From the NCBI GenBank assembly GCA_965644265.1, contig OZ286469.1:64604001-64668000 (forward strand): a stretch of DNA of 64,000 nucleotides, written 5' to 3'. This document shows, in pieces, positions 23,021 through 35,000 of this stretch. Numbering within the stretch: position 1 is the stretch's first letter; every line of letters begins with the position of its first letter. The stretch is from Glycera tridactyla. Taxonomy: Eukaryota. Under the pieces are notes generated by a model. The model did no database searches and was not told where the DNA came from. It was given only the letters and a program-made list of their open reading frames with translations. The position numbers and the translations under genes were made by a program.

Positions 23021-26000
23021 CTGTAACACAGCATCAACGATACCCACATAAGTCCCATCAAGTTCATCCACACGGACCCACACACAAAGTTCATTCAAAA
23101 ATAAAAGGTATATATGATCAAAGTATTATTCAGCTACTTTGGAATGACAATTGTGACGTTTTGGCAACGTTTCGACCATCCATCTAGTGGCCTTGGTCAG
23201 ATGATGGGTTTTGTAGCCCGGTGTCACATGACCAACGCCACTGGAAGACTTGTCGAAATGTCAATTTGGGTTTGAAAATGAATGAAAAATACTTTGATCA
23301 TGGATCATCTTGGAACTAAAATGAACATATCAACAAAAGATATATAGTTCCACAATTCCTAGAAAATCCTGCAGACTGACATTCACACTGACCAAATACT
23401 CAAATGTCCTTTCTGGTGACCTAAATGCAGCACATCATATCATTGATCTTGTATGGGAAGTTTGACATAATCTTTCCAAGTGTTTAGTCAATTTTGGTTT
23501 TCTGTATGCTCAAAATATTTGAATGATTCAGAGTAATCAATCGAGTTTTGATCAGATTCATATGCATGTCAAATATATTCCTGCTGTATGATAATGACTT
23601 GAATAAAGCGAACCTTGGCCCACCATCAGAGATTCTCTGAAGTGACAATATTTCACCAAATTCAAGTGTTTGATCACTAATGTAAGTTCACTAAATTTTG
23701 GATGGCCATTTCAGCTATGATTGAGCTTATAGTAGAAACTTGGATCATGCTCCAATGTATATGACAAGTGAAGCAAGCTAATTGGTCTATGAGGAAGAGG
23801 CTTGTCGGATACATGGTGGGCTGACAAGACATGTCTGTATGATAATGCAATATAATGTGCATAAGTAACAATAGATAACTTATAAATAATAGGAAGTGAA
23901 ATACCTGATCAACTCTGGCAAAATTCACATGATCTTCCAGAGAAGAAAAAACATACTCACCAACCAACTTCTGAATGATCCCAGTTCAGTAATGAATCCC
24001 TTCTGNNNNNNNNNNNNNNNNNNNNNNNNNNNNNNNNNNNNNNNNNNNNNNNNNNNNNNNNNNNNNNNNNNNNNNNNNNNNNNNNNNNNNNNNNNNNNNN
24101 NNNNNNNNNNNNNNNNNNNNNNNNNNNNNNNNNNNNNNNNNNNNNNNNNNNNNNNNGGAGTTGCAAGCTCCACTGAGAAGAAACTAAGGGCTGAGCCTTG
24201 TTCCTATATTACCTGTACATACCTGTGACACCAACAGCAATGAGTACTCCTGGTCTGCTACTTTCTATGGTTTTGAGTAGAAAAGTGTTAAAAAACTCAC
24301 CCAATGCTTGCTATTCCCACCAGTTGGACAGATCCATCACTTACCTAACTACACCGACATTGTCCCGATTTCTGATATGATATGATGTGATATGATATGA
24401 TATATATCAATGGAGCCACTGAACTCATACAGAATTTCCTGAGTCATAATCAAATTTATGGGAAATACTTGATTTGAAAGTTTCAGTATGATTCCACATT
24501 TCGCTTTTGCAAGTCTGAAAGCAGAGAAGTTCCACAAAAAGTGGCCTCACTGTATATGATATAACCTAAGAACAAGAACCACCCTTCAGGTACTAACCAT
24601 TCATCAATGGACAGAGGAAGTCTTTCAGACTATACATACACAATAGACTCTGTCTGAGGACTGGTTTCTGCTCAAGGGGTGGTTTTTGTTCAAGAGGTTG
24701 GCAAAAATGTAGAAATAAAATCACACAAATGGCTAATGATGACCACTAAAAAATGAGAAAGATGAAAAATGATTCATGAATGAAATATTGTGGGAAGAAT
24801 CTGGAAATGGTAAAACTCACCCCTGGTATCCATAGCCGGCTTGCTGCATATATGGTTGCATGTATCCGGGTGTCTGTTGAGCGGCCATTGTTTGCTGGTA
24901 ACCCTGGGGGTACCAGTAGCTCATCTGCCCCGCGTAGTAAGGTTGCCCGTAAGCTGCTTGACCAGCAAACTGCTGCTGAAACCAAACACAAAATTCACAC
25001 CAACTGTTTTAACAAGAATTCATCATTTATCCATACTGCAATCAGCAAGTAGATACATTTTCTATCCCCCCCCCCCCCCCCCCAAAAAAAAAGATAATTG
25101 AACAAAATGTTTAGCTGGATACAAGATCGATCTCTCAAGGTACAGGCTCAATACACAAAATCGGGGTCACTATTAAAATGAAGTTCGTTTGTTTGAGGTT
25201 TAACGGCATGTATCAACCCTAGGGTTATGTATGCCGTGCGTTCCTGGTTAATCAAAGCTAGATGTTCTCTCCCCTGCAGACATGAGGAAACAACTTCATG
25301 AGTTATATACATTTCAAGAATCATTCAACTGGAGAAATAGAGATCAAGATAAATGAGAGCGCAGACACATTTCATGTACACTCACACTTTAATGTGATGG
25401 GTACAAGAATCTTAGAGGATTATGACCAAATTTAAAGCAACAATTCACTGCAGACTATATTCCCTCCAACCCCTTTGTCTTATTACACATGAAAATCCTC
25501 CAAACAAATTTTCAATGATCATTCTATATTTGGTTAATAGAAGCATCATGCAGGGAGCACCAAGTGATTCCGATGAATATTGAAGTGAATTGACTTATTC
25601 TGCCCCATGCAATATAAGATAGTTCAGTAAGAGAACAGGAAGTGTGGTTATATGATTTTGAAAAAATTATGTAAAAAGCACAAAGAATTATCACTCAAAA
25701 AAATCAATCAAGCTATTGATATTCTTGAGTCTTTAGCAGAAGGCAACCACAAGTGTTGAAAACCACTCTTCCTAATTCCATTTTCACTTCCATGATATTC
25801 TATTATCACTCCTCAATCCAGTGGCATTGATGATGAAGTTATACCTTGGATGATACCATGAGTAACAATTGGGCAAGCTTCTGAAGAATTCAAAAGTTTC
25901 TAGTCACCAGACATGTCTCCATCCTAAAGAGATACAGGGGTCTGGCTTGGGATAAAAACTAACTTCATTTCAGAGTTATATTTGGGTGAAATGAGATACA

Positions 26001-29000
26001 GTGAAACCTGTCACAAAAGGCCCCTCACCAAGAGACCACCTCTGATGGGAGACTGCTTCTTGACATAGTCAAATATGCCTCTGAAGAGAGATCACCTCTT
26101 TTGAGACCATATTTTGGAGACATTTGGGGCCAGTCTCTCTTCGCAGATTCACTTTATTGTGTGAAAAGGCATGACATAACATAGTTCTATGGTTACACTG
26201 GACCAAATGTACAGCTCACACTTGACTCATAGATGTTCAACAACTGCTATTCTTGTTGAATTTTTGACAGACAAATTGTCACCATCCCCAGCTAACCATA
26301 TAGTCACCACATTTCTGAATTTCTGAATTTAATAGAATATTCAAACTCATTAGACAACTGGTTAAAAGGCTAAAAACAAGGAAGCCGGTCCCCCACCTGC
26401 ATGTATACATACACCATTCATACACAAGTCAATCATAGTGTCTTAATAAGAAAGCATAACCACTAGCGGGGCTGTGGATAGATCTAGTGATTTGTCAGAA
26501 CAAGGGCAACACAGGGTTATCTAGGACATTATACCACAGATAGAGCCAAATTCATTAAAGAAATATATTAGATATCAAAAGAAATATATGCTATTTTCTC
26601 ACGGATAGAAAATGCAATGTATATAACAAGCTCAAAATGCCTCATCTGTGGTATGAAAGAGAGAGACTGTGATTAGGAAATTGAATTACCATATCCGACA
26701 AGAGAAATACTGCTATGTGTATTACACTCATCTTACGACCATGCGGAAATTTCATAGCAATCATGCTCATTCGCTGGACATGGTAACGCTATCTGATAAT
26801 CACAGTTCCTGACTATAATGTCCCAAGTTAGCAAATCCAACCACCAGGCAAACATGGAACACAAAATGAAACAGATGCTGTATGTTGAATTGAATATTTC
26901 AGTTGACTGTGATACAGCCTGCTGAATATTTGTAGAAAAAAAATGAAAAAATATATATACAAGTGAAAATTCAAATGCTTCAGAATTGCACTGAATTTTT
27001 TGTCAAAGCGTATGAAATAAATCCTTTATAAGCAGATAGAAAGTATTCATTCACTAATATTATGTATGAAGTGAAAAAAGCTTGAATGATTAAAAAAATA
27101 CTTTAAAAAAAGCACAATTCCAGAAGTATGTTCACAGTTCATGTATCTCATTTTTGTGTGGGTATCAGGGTTTGTAAGTGTGAGGAAGGGGGAGGGGTGT
27201 CGGGGAAACCATCACAATCACCGAAATCTAGCGTACTCCCAACTAAGTCAATGGTACATCAATCAAGCCTCAAGAGAAGAGTCTGAAGTAACTGTCTATA
27301 ATGACCTGATAATGACTACTGTTATCTAGCTAGGTAATTTTCATTTTCAGGATTGAAATCTTTTGAGCAAGTCCTCATTTTTTTCATGTCATGTGATCAA
27401 GTCATGTGATTCCAACACTGCCCTATGAGTGGTGATTCTTGGTCACATGGCATGCATACAATGCAGTGATTGGCTGATTATGAAAGGCCATTTGGCATGC
27501 AGTTTGTACACTAATCAACAAGAATCCCCCTCACTCTCAATGGTATAACGCAACTACAATGTAGCAATTTTATAAACTCAACTTTGATCAGAAGCTTCGG
27601 GGAAATCACAACCGGCAAAAGTATTCTGATAATCTCTGAATCTATCTCTGATATCTTCCCCAATGTATTAGTGGCTTGCATATTCTGAATACTGACCAAA
27701 TTCCATATTATTTTCGCCAGATTGGGCCAAGAATATTTGGGATTGAAGCCAGAATATACTTGATAGCAAGGCCAGGGTGGGTAACAAAGGGACCTCCCCT
27801 GGAAGAGGCCCTCAAGATAGGATGATTTCTTGGATGTGGCTGAATTGCGGGTTCCACTACTGCAATATAAAGCAACCTTGAGATGAAATTTTTAGGGATT
27901 GCTGCCAATATAGTATATTCAATTGTGATCCAAAAATAATCTGAAGTCATCCATATGTGTTAAACATATTGGTTTCAGTCACATGAAGGTCATATTGTAC
28001 TGGGGTATGTATGATACAGATCAAGGTTATAAGTGTGAAGTAGTATGACTATTTCATTCCATCAATCAATATATCTGAGGTAAAAAAGCATGACATCATA
28101 GTTCTTTGGTAGAGAAAACCATCTCCAAGAATGTTGTTTCCGTATAGGAATGACCTAATGAAATCCTGCCATGTTAACCACCTCATATGTTCTGTAGCTC
28201 TGACTGGAAATTACATTCTTAGTACACAATATCATTCATTGTAATATACTGATGATGACAAAATATGAGCGCCAACCATGATGCCTATTATGTGTATTAT
28301 ATCCAAAGATTACAGCTGATGTTGGCTCAATGGGATAAATTTTTGTGCGAAAACCACCATCTCTACAGATTGCTGTGAGGACAAAAAATATACAAAGCAA
28401 CTTTTGAATGCTTGGTGGTTGTGAGATTGAATGATTATCATCCATACAATCTTAGCAGCAGGCTTCAATTCAATCTAATGCATCATATTATCATTATAAC
28501 TGCTTAAATATCCAAACGGCATTCCAGAACAGTTAATGCCAACTAGAAACAAACACATCAGCAAGATAACAGGTATTAGTTTGAATATGTGTTACTCTTA
28601 ACTGCGTAACAGGATAGTCAGAAGGTCAAACGGGAGTCATGGTCAAAGGACGGACCTCTAGAATTTCTGGATGCAGGTTAGAAGTTTGGTTTCAACCATA
28701 CAACTAAGTAAGGTATTGAGAACACTCTTGGTTTCTTCTTACAACTAACTACGAACACCTGAGATACTTAATACTACCCAGAAATGTGAGACTACTGATG
28801 CCCTTGAATCTTTCCGACACTCATCATGGATACCCTGTCATGAATTACTTAGTATTTTTAAATTTTTTGATTCATAATGAATGTGACAACTTCCAATGCT
28901 CTTAGGAAGCTCACGATACTCACAGTTATCGTTGAAAACAAGAAGCTCTCAGAGATCCAATGCAATTCCATCATAGAGAGCTTTCAATTCATTGTTTATT

Positions 29001-32000
29001 TTTGCATACACAAATGTGTTCTCCTTTGCCTTGTAACTAAGCTAGCATTATCAAAGAGAGTGAGCTACCGATGAAATATGGTGGAGAAAATGGATCGGAA
29101 ATAACAAAAATAATCCAGTGATCATGCAATGCTTGTTGAAGCGACTACCTCTTTTCATTTTTTCACACTGAATACAAGAACTGCCAAATCATAATAGCAC
29201 TAATAAAATATGAAAATAATAATGAAACGATAGTGACCGCAGCATGCTGATTACAAATCAAATAGGCATTTATCCGAATTATAAATGACTGATCTGGCAG
29301 ATAACTGATCTGGAACATGACTGGCATGCAATACTTCAGTTTCGCCATAACAAAAAAAATTTCTCGATTAGACCTACGGTTTGTATTTCACTGACTAACT
29401 GGGATAATTATGTGTGCTGCTGGCGATAAAATAAGATTCAAATCGGCATTGTTGCTATCGTCTACGTATGAGCAGTAATGTGAATGGTTAGTGAGTATTA
29501 CGGGAGGATAGGTGTTGGGCGAGCAAAGGCACGAGCGGCGGTGAGTTTGGCAAACTCGCAGTAAAGAGGTGTGAAGGAGAGATGATATTGAACTGTGAAC
29601 ATACTTGTGCTTGGGTTTGTGCTGCCGCAGCACCTCCGGGTGGCACATTGACGCCCCCGGCACTCACCGGCTGGGTGGCAACAGTGGTTGCTCCCTGCGC
29701 CACTGGGCTGGCGTTTTGACTGGGATCACTGGATTCTTTTCCCCATGAGCATTTCACTGTATGGCCATTAATTTCTGTACCATGCACAGAGACAATAGCC
29801 TGTGTTGCTGCTTCTTTTGTTGAAAACCTTGAAAACAGAAGAAAACAAACATTAAATCAGACTGAAGACCAAGCATGAAATTTGCATAACATACATACAA
29901 TTACGATCCATACGTCAAACATGCATCAAAAACCGCGAAAATCTGGAATACTACCTCTCCCTGTCATACAAGATGCTCATCACCAAGAACAAGGTCATAC
30001 GGCCATTATATGGAAGCCATGTACAACCATAGGTTTTTTTTTTCTTCTTTTTTTTATATACAAGCATAGTTGAGATGACCTTGATTGATTGATTGATTGA
30101 TTGACTGATTGAGCAATGTTCATGACAGATTGGAGACAGAGCCATATATCTCCATTGATTTGATCACCTTTAAGAAACATTTTTGTCATATTTATGCGAA
30201 CTAGACTGGCAACTGTTGCATGTGCACTGTGTATCAAATCAGGTTCATATAAGGATGGTTTTACAGAATTTGGAATTTCTAGATTAATGTGAGCCATCGA
30301 TTAGGTGGCACCAGAAGATGTGAACAGGAAACATGGACGTAGAGCCACTGACTCGAGGCAGTCCATTGTTACAGGTGATCGGCGAATTAATCACAAGCTT
30401 GCGCTCTTAGAATACAGCAAATCGCCGTCCTGTCCAAGCGCCTTCGTTGCAACCGCCATGCAAGGACGAGATACGTTTAAGCCGTGATGACCCCGTGACC
30501 CACGCAATACATGTTGGTCATCATCAAACGCCTATCATTTGTTTCCGTGTGACACTACCGTCTATTTCCACGTATAATGAACCTCCCATCATCCATCAAA
30601 CGCAAAGGTCATTGACGATCAGGGTTCCACATGCCTCAATTTATGCAAGCTTTATCGTCAGCTTTTAATATTTGATGGGATGTAGCCATTTGTCTTTTAA
30701 TATCGCCTGCGTGATGATTAATAGAGGAAAATTTAATGAGCCGCAGCCAATACATGGTCGCTTGCAACATGCTTTAATAATCTGTATGTAAACATGAGCA
30801 AATACTGCAACCAACTGCAGGAATTGAGAGATTTCCGCATTCATTTATCATTGCTGACTTTAGAAATAGAATGAATGGGGTGATAAGATGGACATTCAAA
30901 CCTGTGGTGTACAAATCTGATACAAGAAAGTCAATGATTGTGTATGTAGGAACATTCAACATTCAAAGCATCATCTGAGTCACCAATGTCTTTCAAGATA
31001 TTGTCAAATATTCTCACACATGTAGAGGCACAGAAAGAAGTTCACAATAGGAGCAACTTCATCTCAATTTTGGTACAGAACAGCAATAATTCTTATCACT
31101 TGATCTTTCCTTCTGTGGACAATTTGATTTCTGCATCAGCACTTCAGTGAAGCCTAGTACCTTCTGTGGACAATTGGATCTCTGAATATGCACAGCATTG
31201 GATCCTGGTATTTTGTGTGGACAATTTGTTCTCTGAATCTGCAGTGAACAGGATCCTAGAATTATCTCCAGATAATTTGATCTCTGATTCCACAGTGCAT
31301 TGGCACTTAATACTTCCTGTAGACCATCGGATCTCAGAAGTCTTTGGCACTGTAAGCCAAGCTGGAAGGCACATAACTTTGAGAGTGGTATGTACAACCA
31401 TATATATTATGCACAAAGGCACAGACTTTTCAATGTACTTCGATCTGATTGAATAATCTGGCAAAGTCAAAAGTGTAGAATGGTACATAAAAACTGCATC
31501 AATGTGACAAATGGCACATCTTCTTTGGTCAGTAAATCCCTAATTTATTTGAAAATCAGGATGCCTCGGATGCCTCAGGATTTTGATGTCTCAGTCCAAC
31601 GAAATGCCCAGCAGTTATAAATACTACTCATGGTATGAATTTAGAATTTAGAATTAGAATCAGGTGCTCCATCAAGCTGAGAAGATGATATCAGCATGGA
31701 CACATCAGATAATCTGGAACAAGCTTCTGAACACTGCATATGTTAGTAGCCACGCGTCAATATCATCACTAATATTGATGAAGCTAGCCAGCTCCACTCA
31801 TTTGTTTCATAAATCAATACTGTCACAACTCGTACATNNNNNNNNNNNNNNNNNNNNNNNNNNNNNNNNNNNNNNNNNNNNNNNNNNNNNNNNNNNNNNN
31901 NNNNNNNNNNNNNNNNNNNNNNNNNNNNNNNNNNNNNNNNNNNNNNNNNNNNNNNNNNNNNNNNNNNNNNNNNNNNNNNNNNNNNNNNNNNNNNNNNNNN

Positions 32001-35000
32001 NNNNNNNNNNNNNNNNNNNNNNNNNNTGGTTCAAATCCCATACAAGCCAAAATAATTTTGGCGTTTGAAACACATTTCATGGACCTGTTGCCAGCACAAT
32101 CTGGAAATATGTCTCTGACATGATTTCTATAACTAAAAAAATGTGGGGGGGGGGGGGCATGGTTTGTGTGTGGTATGTGTATGAGGTGTGTGTGAGTGTG
32201 TATGTGTGTGTGTATATCCATGTTTGTGTGTATGAGCGTGTGTATGTAGTGTGTGGTGTGGTGTGTGTGTGTGTGCGGTGTCTGAGTGTGTGTGTGTGTG
32301 CATATGTGGTGTGTGTGTGTCTTAATCAACAGACTATCACCAACATACTGTGCACTGACAATATAGCCTCATCAGCTGTATCAATAGCCACATGGGAAAG
32401 AAATTAAGGTTGGTGTGCGAGGGTTGATACTAATGCAATAGTGGGAGAGTTAATGACTTAATCAAACAGATATCATGAGGGCGGCTGAGATAAAGGCTGT
32501 GGATTTGAGGCGATTGCCGGCCATTACGTCGCCGTGGCGTCCTGATTAGAAGTGAGCGTGGTGTCAAGACGGCCATGCATCTTATCGTTAGCGGCCGACT
32601 AACGTGCTCGTCGGAGAATATTTCTGATCCCGCGTGACCACCACCACTGAGACAATTGCGAGCATGTGTACTCATTTCATATCCACCCCGGTGGGCCTGA
32701 CTCATTTCCTCGTCTCCAGGTTACACTGCGTAAATCGCCCACATCATTAAGGTCTTCAGCCATACATCTCTTCATCAGCCATTTAACACCTTCAAGTCTC
32801 AAAAGAAACTCGGTGCCCTAAAATTATCTTCAGTTTTCTCGATCTTATTTGCACTCCTGAAAAGGAGGCTCAACGATGTCAACCATCTCAATTCTACCAA
32901 GGTGAATGAAGACAGTAGAACTACCAATGTGTTTAACCCGTGGCCAACTTCCTATATTGATCTTTTCACAACCTGATGCGAGATGTGAGCCAATTAAGTG
33001 ATCCTATTCAGCCTGATATACTTTGGAAGAACATTGAAGACCTTAGAATTGAAATATAGATGAACGTAAATGAGAAGATATTGCATTGAAGCCAGCACAC
33101 AAAATAAGTTGATCTTTCTGATCATTATCTCAGTTTGACACCTGATGGCTTAAAATGAAGAAATAGTGCACGAGTCACTCCTGCAAGGAACAATCTCCTA
33201 CAAGCTCAAATGAATTGAGTTCCTTGATTACAAACTCAAATCAAGGGCTTACAAATAATTCCACAACTGTACATTATTACAGCCAAACTTTGGATTCACT
33301 GAAAAAAGGAGTCTCCTATCAGTAGTAGAGTCTCCTCAGGGAGTTTGCCATTGCAGGTTTCTATGTACAGTGAAACCTGCTCGAGAGTAAACCTGTGCTA
33401 GGCGAAATCCTGTCTTAAGCACATACCCCACGGTCTGCCCAGATGTTTTTTCTCACTATAATTGTCCTGCGCTAAGCAAAATCCTCTCTTAAGAGGAAGA
33501 AAAATTTGGTCCCTTGACTTTTCACTCAAGACAGGTTTTACTGTATTGCATTTTCCCCAACCATAAAACACTCATTAAACCAGTGATGTCAATGAGATGA
33601 TGTAGAATTTTCGGAAATATGGATGAATTCACCTAAATTACCACATCCTATTCTCAAAAGTATCTTCTGGAAATTCTGGAAATTTCTCAACTTGAATTTC
33701 ACAATATTTTCAGAATTCCGAAAATTTTCCGAAAATTGGCAGCAATGTCAAACCTATGCTCAACTGAATCAACCAATAACAGCAATCAATACCACTCCTG
33801 ATAGTCGGAGAGTACTTTGACGGAAAGTAACAGACCAGAATGACACTTGATAACATTTTTCATGCATTTGTACGTCATCAGCATCCTGTGTGGTATCAAA
33901 CCCTTTTCTGAGGTGATTATTCAATCGAGAGAGAAATTTGTTTTCCATCCACGTGAGGCCATCACGAAAAATTTACGACCGGTTCTCATGACGACTGTCA
34001 CTCAATCACCGCTGCTGTTTCCTTTAATATCTTTATCAACGGTGCCATCAAAGGCCACTAAAATGTTATGGCCAGTAGCAGGTTCATGACACGCTGTATG
34101 CATCATAGTGACAGGCGTAGGAATGCTGGACCTGCATGCGTGCGAGATGAATGATCGCTAGCAACCACCAGCCTCACACCACCCATGACAACACCATCAT
34201 CAAACTTATACAGTTGAACCCGCAGCAAGGAAGCCTCCCTAACAAGACCTATTGAACCAAAACCATCCATCTAGTAACCTCATCTTTGAGCCATTCTAAA
34301 TACGTTGCAGAGCCTCTTTCTCTCCTAAGTCATTTTGTATGTTATCTTATAATAAATTTCAAAGTAAATGGACGAGTTACTAATAGTTATGGATTGATTA
34401 TGTATGACTCGATGTAACGACACAGAGAGACAATCAAAACACGTACACTGGTAGGATATATCCATGACTATTGAGTACTTGGAATGATTTTTACAATCTC
34501 TGTCATAGATAATTGGAAACTTTCAACAAAGGACATATGTAATCCAAGTTCACTACAGAAGAACATACAATAAAAGAGACAGATTCTTAACACAAGATGT
34601 ACCGAATATGACTACATACCTGATGAATGCATAACCTTTATCTTTGAAGACTCGGATTTCTTGGATGGGGCCATAAGGACTGAAGGTTTTTTGCATTAGC
34701 TCCTCTGAAACAAAAGAAACAGACAGCTCATGAACAGACACTTGTCCTTGAAATTGGTGTAAAAATATATATATATCAATAACAACAGTAATGTCCTCTC
34801 CCATGTGATCATTCAACTTCAGATACATCAAACAGATAACCCCTGGAGCTGCAGGTTTCAGGTTGAAATTCAGTTACGCCGAGAGATCATTCTAAATCTA
34901 TTACTCAACCCTAGCAGCAAAATCTGAAAGCACAGACAAAAACTAAATTTCAGCAGTCACAAGATGATGAAGGTGCCTGTCCATGTGTGACAGTTGAATC

